From IMG/VR virus record IMGVR_UViG_3300032304_001168: a stretch of 64,000 nucleotides of DNA. One strand, written 5' to 3'. A program made the position numbers and the translations under genes. Position 1 is the first letter of the stretch. The number at the start of each line of letters is the position of its first letter. Positions 47,135-55,719 of the stretch are shown one piece after another. The stretch comes from a virus. Under the pieces are notes generated by a model. That model searched no databases, was not told where the DNA came from, and saw only the letters and a program-made list of their open reading frames with translations.

Positions 47135-47154
47135 ATTTCGTAATAGTTTCCCAT
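47134..47154 (-). pseudogene. remnant of integrase 5' end
   Basis: MGNYYEI versus MKKTNYYEI of 287-1087, with homologous upstream DNA. Confidence 0.65.
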
Positions 47155-47194
47155 TTTTACCTCTTAAATCATTGATTATTTGAGGTTTTAAAAT

Positions 47195-47219
47195 AGGTGT
47201 TGATATATTATAGTTATAC
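47195..47219 (+). other. attI-like site 3
   Basis: AGGTGTTGATATATTATAGTTATAC, one mismatch to 1121-1145. Confidence 0.75.
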
Positions 47220-47231
47220 TCAATTAAAAAA

Positions 47232-47378
47232 TTATTTTGAGTTATATAATATATTCCATTCAGTATATGTATTTGATAATAATTCTTCTATTGTAATCCC
47301 AAATCTTATACAATCACCTAAACATATTTTGTAAAAATTCACACTTCTTTCGTTTATTATATATTCTGAAAATGTCAT
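47232..47378 (-). CDS. cassette ORF, hypothetical (48 aa, not in ORF track)
   Basis: MTFSEYIINERSVNFYKICLG...ILYNSK*. Confidence 0.6.
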   Translation of the reverse strand: MTFSEYIINERSVNFYKICLGDCIRFGITIEELLSNTYTEWNILYNSK

Positions 47379-47416
47379 ATTTGTATTTTTAATTTGTAAA
47401 ATAATTTTTTAACTAA

Positions 47417-47470
47417 GTATAACAAAGTGTAAAAAACATTAAAACTATTTTTTACACTCAACCGTTATGT
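47417..47470 (+). repeat. attC-like site (54 bp type)
   Basis: GTATAAC-aa-AGTGTAAAAAA-cattaaaacta-TTTTTTACACT-caacc-GTTATGT. Confidence 0.8.
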
Positions 47471-47474
47471 GTAA

Positions 47475-47792
47475 TTAAACAGAGAAACCCTCGTTAATCA
47501 AATATTTTGTTATTGAATGATGGTTGCTCAATGGTCTGTGTTCAATTGAAATATGTCCTTTGTTGTTTTTCCAAGTCCAAGTATGGTCAACTTCTAATTC
47601 TGAATTTACAGATAAACCATATTCAATTGTATGATAGTTATCAGATACAACACAATCTTCTACTTTAAATACAGCAATAATAAAATCTTTTTCAGGTGTC
47701 CATTCAACTTTACCAGCATTACAAGGTTTTCCGATAATCAAAGAGTATATCTGATTAATGTTTTCTATTGTTAAATCTTTTATCGTTTTCAT
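47475..47792 (-). CDS. cassette ORF, hypothetical
   Basis: MKTIKDLTIEN...; start chosen downstream of the attC-borne promoter. Confidence 0.65.
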   Translation of the reverse strand: MKTIKDLTIENINQIYSLIIGKPCNAGKVEWTPEKDFIIAVFKVEDCVVSDNYHTIEYGLSVNSELEVDHTWTWKNNKGHISIEHRPLSNHHSITKYLINEGFSV

Positions 47793-47816
47793 AAATTTTT
47801 CGTTTAAATTAACTAC

Positions 47817-47910
47817 ACATAACAAGGTGTATATGTAATTTTTTTACAAAGGTACGAATAAGTTTTGACATTTCCAAATAAAAAACTACATATACACCCA
47901 TACGTTATAA
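47817..47910 (+). repeat. attC-like site with internal promoter
   Basis: ACATAAC-aa-GGTGTATATGTA...TACATATACACC-catac-GTTATAA. Confidence 0.8.
47847..47878 (-). promoter_or_regulatory. Bacteroidota promoter inside attC loop
   Basis: TTTG-N20-TACCTTTG. Confidence 0.75.
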
Positions 47911-47922
47911 GCAATATTATTT

Positions 47923-48165
47923 TTATTTTGAGTATCTATTTTTAAAATCCTCAAATGCTTCTAAAATTGTGTTTCCCACACCATAGTTCACATGTTCCCA
48001 TTCTTCTTTCATAAAGTGATGTGGGTCATATTGCCACTCTTCGTTTCCTTCAAGTGAGTTTACACAATCAGCATCACAACATGTTTCTACAATAGCAAAT
48101 TTACCGTGTCTCATGTGAACTATGGTCATTGGGTAAATGTCTTCAATTTTGTTTATATTCTTCAT
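47923..48165 (-). CDS. cassette ORF, hypothetical
   Basis: 80 aa between cassette inverted repeats. Confidence 0.65.
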   Translation of the reverse strand: MKNINKIEDIYPMTIVHMRHGKFAIVETCCDADCVNSLEGNEEWQYDPHHFMKEEWEHVNYGVGNTILEAFEDFKNRYSK

Positions 48166-48207
48166 AATTTTAAGTTTTTTAAATCGGTAAAATAAAAATA
48201 ATACAGC

Positions 48208-48261
48208 TTATAACAACAAATATATTGCATTAAAACGACAATATATTTGCAACCGTTATGT
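48208..48261 (+). repeat. attC-like site (54 bp type)
   Basis: TTATAAC-aa-CAAATATATTG-cattaaaacga-CAATATATTTG-caacc-GTTATGT. Confidence 0.8.
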
Positions 48262-48278
48262 GTAATAAAAAATAACTA

Positions 48279-48482
48279 TCAAACCTCGTTTCCATCATCA
48301 AAGATTGTAAAACACGATTTGTCTGATAAAGTCACCTTATATCCAACATATCCACCATCTGCAAAAATGTGCAAGTCTGTTATCCATTCATCAGTTGCAC
48401 CTTTTTCATCTAATTTGCTTTGTATTTTCACTCTTGCTGCATCGTGTTTTACAAAGTCTAATGTTATTCTATTTGCCCACAT
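48279..48482 (-). CDS. cassette ORF, hypothetical
   Basis: 67 aa between cassette inverted repeats. Confidence 0.65.
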   Translation of the reverse strand: MWANRITLDFVKHDAARVKIQSKLDEKGATDEWITDLHIFADGGYVGYKVTLSDKSCFTIFDDGNEV

Positions 48483-48517
48483 ATTATTAAGTTTAGTTTA
48501 AGTTATTTTTTACATAC

Positions 48518-48610
48518 ACATAACAAGGTGTATATGTAATTTTTTACAAAAGTACGAATAAGTTTTGACATTTCCAAATAAAAAACTACATATACACCCA
48601 ACCGTTAGCA
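48518..48610 (+). repeat. attC-like site with internal promoter (near-identical to 47817-47910)
   Basis: same stem; loop contains minus-strand TTTG-N20-TACTTTTG at 48547-48578. Confidence 0.8.
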
Positions 48611-48634
48611 CCAATACTACGAAAGTGCTTCGAT

Positions 48635-49252
48635 TTAAATTTCGTTTGGATTTTCATAGATTATTACTGGGATTTTTTTAATTTTTAATCTTTTTGCAGC
48701 TTCCCATCTATGATGTCCATCTAATATACCAAAATCATAATCAAGTAATATTGGTGGTAATTCATCACCATTTTTTAATTTCTTAATTATGTTCAATATA
48801 TTTTGTTCTTCTTGTTTTTCAGTTCCATATATTCTCGAATCATTGGTATCAATATATTTCAATTTACTCAAATATCTCCCAATCTCAATACCTCTCGTAT
48901 CACTCCACAAATATTTTTGTTTATTAACCAAATCTGTGTCAGTATTATACACCAAATCTGGTTTCTTTTCTTTTGGTTGTTTTAATTTTGGTTCAATTTT
49001 TATACCTTTTTTGGTTTCAACAAAATTGAAAAGATTTATAATATCACTTGGATTATCTTCACCAAATATTTTGCTAAATTGTTTATTATTATGCTCAACG
49101 GCACGATTCACATCATTGTATGCAGTCTCCAAATCTTTATAGTATCTATCTTTAAAAGATGAATACCACCCATACATTTTTTTTACATCTAAATCTTGGC
49201 TTTCATTAAGATATTCTCTTATTGTAGTTGCTATAAATTTTCTCAATTCCAT
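48635..49252 (-). CDS. cassette ORF: ParB/Srx-like domain protein with ...YLNE leader
   Basis: LPPILLD...ILDGHHRWEAAKRL...IPVI. Confidence 0.75.
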   Translation of the reverse strand: MELRKFIATTIREYLNESQDLDVKKMYGWYSSFKDRYYKDLETAYNDVNRAVEHNNKQFSKIFGEDNPSDIINLFNFVETKKGIKIEPKLKQPKEKKPDLVYNTDTDLVNKQKYLWSDTRGIEIGRYLSKLKYIDTNDSRIYGTEKQEEQNILNIIKKLKNGDELPPILLDYDFGILDGHHRWEAAKRLKIKKIPVIIYENPNEI

Positions 49253-49313
49253 GTTCTTTTACTTTATATATAAATATTCCAAAATTAAATTTTTGCTAAA
49301 CAAACCGTACTGG

Positions 49314-49407
49314 TGCTAACAAGGTGTATAAGAAAGTTTGCTATCAATATTTGTGGTAATTTGAGAGTTCATCTAAGCAAACCTTCTAATACACCCAACC
49401 GTTAGCA
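49314..49407 (+). repeat. attC-like site (94 bp type)
   Basis: TGCTAAC-aa-GGTGTAT...ATACACC-caacc-GTTAGCA. Confidence 0.8.
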
Positions 49408-49419
49408 GTAATATTGTGG

Positions 49420-49659
49420 CTACTTCCCAATTGGTCTATTACAAGTTGCACAGATATAACTACCATTCATTAAATAACATTGAGATTGCTGACAGCCACA
49501 ATACATACTGCTAACATCGGCTATACGCAAGTTTTTTGCTTCCGTTAGTCGGTTAATAACATTGTTTGCCTCTATCAACATTTCAATCAATTTGTCTTTT
49601 TCTATCATTTGATACATCTCTACTTTTTCAGAGTGTGTCATTTCAATTACTTGCATCAT
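49420..49659 (-). CDS. cassette ORF starting inside its attC loop; C-terminal Cys-rich zinc finger
   Basis: KNLRIADVSS encoded by the attC arm; CGC...CATC. Confidence 0.65.
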   Translation of the reverse strand: MMQVIEMTHSEKVEMYQMIEKDKLIEMLIEANNVINRLTEAKNLRIADVSSMYCGCQQSQCYLMNGSYICATCNRPIGK

Positions 49660-49722
49660 ATATTTTAATTTTAGTGTTTCAAATTCGCAAAAAACCTGAC
49701 GTATAGCCGAGAACCGTTATAG
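49509..49722 (+). repeat. attC-like site with long coding loop (214 bp)
   Basis: TGCTAAC-a-TCGGCTATACG-CAAGTTTTTTGC...GCAAAAAACCTG-a-CGTATAGCCGA-gaacc-GTTATAG. Confidence 0.75.
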
Positions 49723-49980
49723 ATAATAAGCATCCAACACACTTTCAATATAACCTATTGATATGTGTATTTTAACTAAATCATCATATGTTTTTATACG
49801 TTCAAAAAATTCCTCTTTATTCAACCACTCCACATAGAAACCACCTTCATGTAAATTCATACAATATCCATCATATTCCGTATAAAAACTATCTAACAGC
49901 TTACTATCTATAACATCAGATATATGTAATTTTTCATTACTCTTATCTAAGTTTTGTTCTAAATTTTTATCTTCTTTCAT
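49717..49980 (-). CDS. cassette ORF starting inside its attC loop
   Basis: KLHISDVIDS encoded by the attC arm; stop codon in the GTTA core. Confidence 0.65.
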   Translation of the reverse strand: MKEDKNLEQNLDKSNEKLHISDVIDSKLLDSFYTEYDGYCMNLHEGGFYVEWLNKEEFFERIKTYDDLVKIHISIGYIESVLDAYYL

Positions 49981-50027
49981 CTTATTAAATTTTGTGTTAA
50001 AACTACATATATCTGTAACCGTTATAA
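49908..50027 (+). repeat. attC-like site with coding loop (120 bp)
   Basis: CTATAAC-at-CAGATATATGTA...TACATATATCTG-taacc-GTTATAA. Confidence 0.8.
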
Positions 50028-50031
50028 AACA

Positions 50032-50682
50032 TTATAAACGACCACCCCACTCAAATCTAACATATTCAACTTTAAAATCAACATCGTAAATCTCTTTTAG
50101 TAAATTTACAGCATATTGTTCATAACTACAATTCTTATCATATTCTAAACGATGTTGATTATCGTTTACTTCCATTGTCATATGTTCACCTTCGAAACTA
50201 TGACTTTCAATAAATTTGATTTCCATATTTTTAATTTTTCTTCCATCAAATACAACAATCATACTATCTTTTGTACCACTTTGTACTTTACCCTTTGAAT
50301 TTACAGGATAATAAAAATTACCATCATTGTCAACTTTCCCAAATTTAATCCTCCCCCTTACAAATTCAATTTCAGTCGCATTTGGTTTAATATAATCGTG
50401 AAATAACTTTGTGGAGGTGGAAACTGGTATCAAAAATACACAAACTTTTCCCTTCTTCATCTCCTCAATCCCTTTCTTAATAAAGGCCTCCTTTAACTTC
50501 TGACTATATGGGGGATTTATGAAAGTTGACATCCCCCATTCAATATTTAAACCATCAATATCAACATCCTTTTCATTATATGGACAAGGGTCAAAATCAA
50601 ATTTAAACCTCTTATTTAACTCCTCATAAAATTCTGGGGGTGTTGCATAATTATCATCATTATTAATGTGAATCTTTTTCAT
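50032..50682 (-). CDS. phage DNA N6-adenine methyltransferase (Dam-like), apparently fused to a downstream small ORF
   Basis: YATP, FDFDPC, FINPPYS, LIPVST, RGRIKF; extra MEIKFIES... tail. Confidence 0.85.
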   Translation of the reverse strand: MKKIHINNDDNYATPPEFYEELNKRFKFDFDPCPYNEKDVDIDGLNIEWGMSTFINPPYSQKLKEAFIKKGIEEMKKGKVCVFLIPVSTSTKLFHDYIKPNATEIEFVRGRIKFGKVDNDGNFYYPVNSKGKVQSGTKDSMIVVFDGRKIKNMEIKFIESHSFEGEHMTMEVNDNQHRLEYDKNCSYEQYAVNLLKEIYDVDFKVEYVRFEWGGRL

Positions 50683-50906
50683 TAGAACAATTCAAAATCT
50701 TTGTTTATGTGACCACAATCGTCACAACGATATGTTGGGAATGGTACTAATGTGTCCTCCAAACTACCAGTAAATAGTTTTGATACCTTTTTAATCATAA
50801 CCACTTCTTTGAAGTACTTTGAACCACATTCTTCACAAGTAACGGTGGGCTGTTCTTTTAAATCAATCTTTGGTAAACTCTTTTCCGTATTAATTAAATT
50901 ATCCAT
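50682..50906 (-). CDS. zinc-ribbon protein
   Basis: CEECG...CDDCG. Confidence 0.7.
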   Translation of the reverse strand: MDNLINTEKSLPKIDLKEQPTVTCEECGSKYFKEVVMIKKVSKLFTGSLEDTLVPFPTYRCDDCGHINKDFELF

Positions 50907-51056
50907 TATTTTTCGTTTTTATATATTAGTTTATATGTATTTGGATTTATTCCAATTATTTCTTTGTCTGATACAAATTTAACACCATTATAAACATAAT
51001 GATATTTCTTTGATTTCATCCCAATGTAATTTAATAACTTTTCAATCTTTGTCTTT

Positions 51057-51284
51057 TCACAATTCATTTAAAATTTGTTTTGAATACTCTATATAAAATT
51101 GATTTCCATTTAATACTTCACTTAATCCAGCTTCATTTAATCTTCCATCCTCCCAAGCATCAACTACCATTTTTTCTTCTTTATCCTTCAATTCCAATAT
51201 CTTCAACATAATTTCTTTATGTTCATATCCATCCAATCTTAGTTCTTGGTCAACCCAATTTAATAGTTCTTGTAGTGGTGTCAT
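51057..51284 (-). CDS. hypothetical protein
   Basis: MTPLQEL...E..MVVDAW family-like. Confidence 0.55.
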   Translation of the reverse strand: MTPLQELLNWVDQELRLDGYEHKEIMLKILELKDKEEKMVVDAWEDGRLNEAGLSEVLNGNQFYIEYSKQILNEL

Positions 51285-52129
51285 AAATCTAATTTTAAAT
51301 TAAAAACTTGTGCAATTACATTCATAGGGATTCTAAACTCTTCAAATGTCCCATCCTCTTTCAATAATACAATTATTGCCCCAAAAAGTCCAATATTTTC
51401 ATATTTACTTCCAATCAACATTTTAAACAATAATCTCAAATATAATGGTAATTGAACATAATAATGTCCTAAAGCATTGTTGGGTAACTTATTGAAGGGG
51501 TATTTCATCGGTTTTGTAAAATGATTTGATTCAAAGTTCTTAACCTTATTGGTTTTCCAGTCTGTACAAAATATTCCAATTTGATTCTTCTCCTTATTCT
51601 CAATTAACCACATCTTATCTGGTTGTCCCACATAACATAATTCATTATCCCCCAACACCATTTCAGTATCCAATAATACAGCACCTCGTTCTTTCATCAA
51701 TTCCAAACATTTAATCCCACCACTGACCATTCTATCACTCTTTAATATTTGGTCAAAATCACAATCAAAGATTGGTTGTCTGACATCCTTTTTAATATCA
51801 AACATTTTAAGTGATTTTTGTTCCAATAAAAAGTGGGTTCTACTACCTAAGTTAGTTGAATATGTTCCGGCATCAGACCATTCTTTTAACAATTTTTGTT
51901 GCTCATCAATATTACCCTTTGTTTTCTTTAATGCAATTTCTTCAGCTGGAAACTCATCGTAATACTTTTTTATTATTTTTGATACAGAATACCAATCATC
52001 TTTCAATACAGAATTATTATCCAACATTGTGTATTGGTGTTTTTCTTCTTCAAATGTCAATTGTAATTCTTGTTGTCTTTTTTTAACTATTTCTAGTATT
52101 TCATCTCTTACTTTATATAAATCTGTCAT
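51281..52129 (-). CDS. PD-(D/E)XK (RecB/Cas4-like) exonuclease
   Basis: YSVS, GSRTH, TE, GQPD, DWKT, QLPLY. Confidence 0.8.
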   Translation of the reverse strand: MTDLYKVRDEILEIVKKRQQELQLTFEEEKHQYTMLDNNSVLKDDWYSVSKIIKKYYDEFPAEEIALKKTKGNIDEQQKLLKEWSDAGTYSTNLGSRTHFLLEQKSLKMFDIKKDVRQPIFDCDFDQILKSDRMVSGGIKCLELMKERGAVLLDTEMVLGDNELCYVGQPDKMWLIENKEKNQIGIFCTDWKTNKVKNFESNHFTKPMKYPFNKLPNNALGHYYVQLPLYLRLLFKMLIGSKYENIGLFGAIIVLLKEDGTFEEFRIPMNVIAQVFNLKLDL

Positions 52130-53037
52130 TTTATTTCAATATAATATTCATTTATTTGTCCCCTCAAATCAGCAATATCCTTATCCAAAGGTAATTTAAC
52201 TATTTTAATTTTTCCATACAAATTCCCGCCATTTAACTCGTGATATAATTTGATTGCATTATCCCAAGCATCACCATCCAAAGCAATTGTTATATTTCCA
52301 TTACACTTTTCATATAAAGTATCAAACAATAATGAACTCATATGTTTTCCCAACATTGGAATACTATTTGGGATGAATATGGAATCAAATGCTCCTTCAA
52401 CTAAGGTAATGTCTTTATTCCAATCAATCAAACTCTCAAAGAAAATGATTTCATCTTTTGGATTTTCAGGGTTTTTATATTTTGCTTTGGTATGTAAATC
52501 CCAACTTCTGGCAATATAGTAATTTAATTTGTTATTTTTATCATAAGATGGAATTATTATTCTACCAGCGTGACTGCCATTATCACAAAAACCAATTCCG
52601 TATCTTTCAATTATTTCATCAGTAATACCCCTATTCATTAAATAATTATGCGCTTGTCTTCTAACTGGGTATATTGATGAGACCTCATTGAACTTCCGAG
52701 TAAAACTCGGTAGTTCAAGTTTGTTTACCTTTTTCTTTTGTATTGGTTTGTTTTCCTCTGGTACTAATACGGAATAAGTTTTAAGGTGGGATTTTTTTCC
52801 ATATTTTTTTATTAACTTGTATAGTGTTCCGTGCATATCACTTGTATCACCACAACTCCAACAATGAAATAAGTGTTGAAAGTAATTTATTTCCAAATTA
52901 CCTTTATGTCTCCCCTCATCGCAGTTTGGGCAATGATGTGCGATTTGGCCCTTAGATTCATAATGTTGTTTTTCATCCCCAAATATATCACGTAGTAATT
53001 CTACGATTATTTCATTATCATCAGACATAATATTCAC
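52126..53037 (-). CDS. DNA primase (CHC2 zinc finger plus TOPRIM)
   Basis: CPNC...HCWSC, YLMNRGI, RIIIP, KYKNP, VEGAFD, LDGD. Confidence 0.9.
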   Translation of the reverse strand: MNIMSDDNEIIVELLRDIFGDEKQHYESKGQIAHHCPNCDEGRHKGNLEINYFQHLFHCWSCGDTSDMHGTLYKLIKKYGKKSHLKTYSVLVPEENKPIQKKKVNKLELPSFTRKFNEVSSIYPVRRQAHNYLMNRGITDEIIERYGIGFCDNGSHAGRIIIPSYDKNNKLNYYIARSWDLHTKAKYKNPENPKDEIIFFESLIDWNKDITLVEGAFDSIFIPNSIPMLGKHMSSLLFDTLYEKCNGNITIALDGDAWDNAIKLYHELNGGNLYGKIKIVKLPLDKDIADLRGQINEYYIEIK

Positions 53038-53081
53038 AAAGTTTTATTACATAATATATTTATTAAAAACAATTTTGTCAA

Positions 53082-53297
53082 ATGCCAACAACAATAACAA
53101 TAAATGGAGTTTCAGGTTCAACACCTTTTGACATTTATCTATGTGATGATCCCTTAACAACTTGTGTATATGTAGATACCATAACTAGTGGTACTTATTC
53201 ATTTGATGTTCCATTAATTATGGATGGTCAATTATCTTATAATCTTAAAGTTGTTGACGATAATGATTGTCAAATAATCTCAAATTTAGTAGTTTAA
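53082..53297 (+). CDS. small putative virion protein
   Basis: GSTPFDIYLCD...KVVDDNDC; similar to 55398-55697. Confidence 0.6.
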   Translation: MPTTITINGVSGSTPFDIYLCDDPLTTCVYVDTITSGTYSFDVPLIMDGQLSYNLKVVDDNDCQIISNLVV

Positions 53298-53300
53298 GAA

Positions 53301-55373
53301 ATGAGTTGTTTTTGTCCATTGGGTTATACCCCAACCATAGATTATGATGATTGTATTAATACCTTAACTGCCGCGACAAGTGGGGGTACATATTTTTATA
53401 CCGCAACAACTGGGAGTCAAAGTGGTTCATTTTGTAATTTAGGTACAATATTTTATGAAGATATAACAAATCTTTCATTCCCAATTACCAATTCAGGAAC
53501 AACAACATCTGCATTCACTCAAAATGGTACATTACTTTTTAATACAGAGTTCTTAGTAGATAATAGTGGAAGGGTTTTAAATATTCAAGCTGGGGGTCAA
53601 GGTGGTGGTTATTCTGGTTGTTTTGGCGGGATATCCCCGTACTATGGTCCACCAAACTTACAAAATTCATTGTGGGGTTCTGGTAGTACAACATCTGGTA
53701 GATTAAATGTTGCAGGTATTTTTGCAACCACTAATCCTAATCCTATTAATGAATGGATTGGTTTTTCATATTGTTTAGACATTCCTATCAAAGGAACTTA
53801 TTTTATTGGATTTGCGGCTGATGATTTAACTAGAATAAAAATAAATGGTGATTTAATATATGAAACATCCACAATAAATTATTGTAATTCAATACCCCAA
53901 ACATTGAATACTAATACTTGGACAATACTCCCATTTGCGTTTAACTCTGGGTTAAATATTGTTGAAATGGAAGGTTTAAACCTTGGGTCTAGTGCCGCAT
54001 TTGCCGCTGAAATATATTCAGGTTCAGTTGCAACACTTAGTGCTTATACCACAACAATACAATTAACTGCAGATACATTATTTAGTACTTTAGATTTTAT
54101 TGGTCAAGATATCCCCTTAACAAGTTCAATAACTGGTGGTACTTCTAATACTGGTTATACTTGTCCAAGTGGTTATACATTATACACTTGTAGTGGAACA
54201 CCATATTGTATTCAAATTGATAGAGTTGGTTTAATTAAATTCTGTATTAGTGATACTGGATTAGGTTATGATGATAATTTTTCGTTATCAGGCACATACA
54301 ATTCAGAACCATATTGGACTGGTGATACTAGCGGTAGATTTATTTATTTAACCTCAAGTGGTTATTGGTGTTTATCAGATTCTTTGGGGGGTACTTGTCT
54401 TTTGGAAGGTGCTTATCCATGCCCATCAACTTGTCCTGATTTATGTGATTCTTATTTCAATGAAGGTATTTGTCCAACACCAACTCCAACACCTACTGTT
54501 AATTGTTCCGTATTAGACTTTAACGCAATTTTTGATTGTGAGGTAACTCCAACACCAAGTATAACACCAACTAACACACCAACGCCAACTGTAACTCCTA
54601 CACCAAGTATTAGTGAACCTTGTGGGGGTAGGGCGGTTAATGTAACAATTACTGGTTATACACCAACACCAACACCGACCCCATCAATAACACCATCAAG
54701 TACACCTCAAATAACAAGACCTTGTAGTGTCTCTGGAAATGTTGTTTTTAATACAGTCCTTGGACTAATTGAATGCCCTAGTAGTAAAAAATTCATTGAT
54801 TGTGAAAATGGTAATTTATATTACGCATCCAATGCTCTTCCTTTACCTTCAGGTGGTACACTATCTCAATTATCAGTTTTCAAAGCTAATGTTGATGGTA
54901 TTTCAAGATGTATAACATATGTTGGTATAGACTTAACAATTAATGGTATGAATATTATTGAATTGGTTGATGGTCCTTTAGATTTTGATGCGGATTGTTC
55001 AGTTTGTGTTCCAAATGTAACTCAAACACCTACACCAACTCCAACACCATCAATTACTCCAACAATTACACCAACTCCAACCGCATCAGCTCTTGTTGGT
55101 TATTATTTATTCCAAAGATGTAACACAAATTCATATGTTATACAAACATTACCTGGTCCTACATCAGTAATTAACCAAGTATTTAGTTTAACTGATTATC
55201 CGTATTCAAATGAATGTTGGAAATATATCTCATATTCAAGTAGTTATCCATCATTACCATTAGGTTCAACATCGTCATTCTTATCAGGTAATAGTTTTCA
55301 AAGTTTGGGTGTTTTTTATTATTCAGATTGTAGTGAATGTATTGCAATAGTTGGGGATTCTGGTGAGTTATAA
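53301..55373 (+). CDS. putative virion/fiber protein with PA14-like domain and Thr-Pro repeats
   Basis: [11 protein letters not shown]...IKING; three TPTPT tracts; Cys-rich. Confidence 0.6.
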   Translation: MSCFCPLGYTPTIDYDDCINTLTAATSGGTYFYTATTGSQSGSFCNLGTIFYEDITNLSFPITNSGTTTSAFTQNGTLLFNTEFLVDNSGRVLNIQAGGQGGGYSGCFGGISPYYGPPNLQNSLWGSGSTTSGRLNVAGIFATTNPNPINEWIGFSYCLDIPIKGTYFIGFAADDLTRIKINGDLIYETSTINYCNSIPQTLNTNTWTILPFAFNSGLNIVEMEGLNLGSSAAFAAEIYSGSVATLSAYTTTIQLTADTLFSTLDFIGQDIPLTSSITGGTSNTGYTCPSGYTLYTCSGTPYCIQIDRVGLIKFCISDTGLGYDDNFSLSGTYNSEPYWTGDTSGRFIYLTSSGYWCLSDSLGGTCLLEGAYPCPSTCPDLCDSYFNEGICPTPTPTPTVNCSVLDFNAIFDCEVTPTPSITPTNTPTPTVTPTPSISEPCGGRAVNVTITGYTPTPTPTPSITPSSTPQITRPCSVSGNVVFNTVLGLIECPSSKKFIDCENGNLYYASNALPLPSGGTLSQLSVFKANVDGISRCITYVGIDLTINGMNIIELVDGPLDFDADCSVCVPNVTQTPTPTPTPSITPTITPTPTASALVGYYLFQRCNTNSYVIQTLPGPTSVINQVFSLTDYPYSNECWKYISYSSSYPSLPLGSTSSFLSGNSFQSLGVFYYSDCSECIAIVGDSGEL

Positions 55374-55397
55374 TATTTATATTATAATCTAAATTAA

Positions 55398-55697
55398 ATG
55401 AACGCACTTGTTTTTAATAATATTATTGGGTTAAATCAACCATATACCATTTATGTATGTGATGTATTTGGTAATCAATGTATTTTATTAGCTTACATTT
55501 CAACAACTGTTCCCGCAATAAATACAATAACACTCCCACCTCAATTTAATTCAGCTCCAGCAATTGGTGTCAAAGTTATAACAAGTGATGGTTGTGAAAG
55601 ATTTAAGGTTTTATATTGTAGTGAGGATATAAAAACTTTTATGGATTTGGATGATTTCTTTTTTATGGATGGTGTTGGATATTTCTTTATGTCCTAA
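55398..55697 (+). CDS. small putative virion protein
   Basis: PYTIYVCD...KVITSDGC. Confidence 0.6.
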   Translation: MNALVFNNIIGLNQPYTIYVCDVFGNQCILLAYISTTVPAINTITLPPQFNSAPAIGVKVITSDGCERFKVLYCSEDIKTFMDLDDFFFMDGVGYFFMS

Positions 55698-55719
55698 CTA
55701 TTTATAAATAAAATATTAA

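Larger units (their letters stand above)
47134..50027. mobile_element. integron-like locus 3: deleted integrase, attI and seven cassettes
   Basis: attI at 47195-47219 and seven attC hairpins separating small ORFs. Confidence 0.85.

Noticed and set aside
47417-50027. CRISPR array interpretation of the recurring repeats
   Set aside because: The repeats are 54-214 bp structured palindromes of variable sequence, separated by whole ORFs rather than 30-40 bp spacers; no cas operon is present.
51281-52129. Cas4 as evidence of a CRISPR-Cas system
   Set aside because: It is a stand-alone PD-(D/E)XK exonuclease next to the primase, without Fe-S cysteines, cas1 or an array.
54470-55085. ACACCA-type tandem repeats as non-coding repeats or DGR template/variable regions
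   Set aside because: They simply encode Thr-Pro linkers; no reverse transcriptase or adenine-specific repeat pair is seen.
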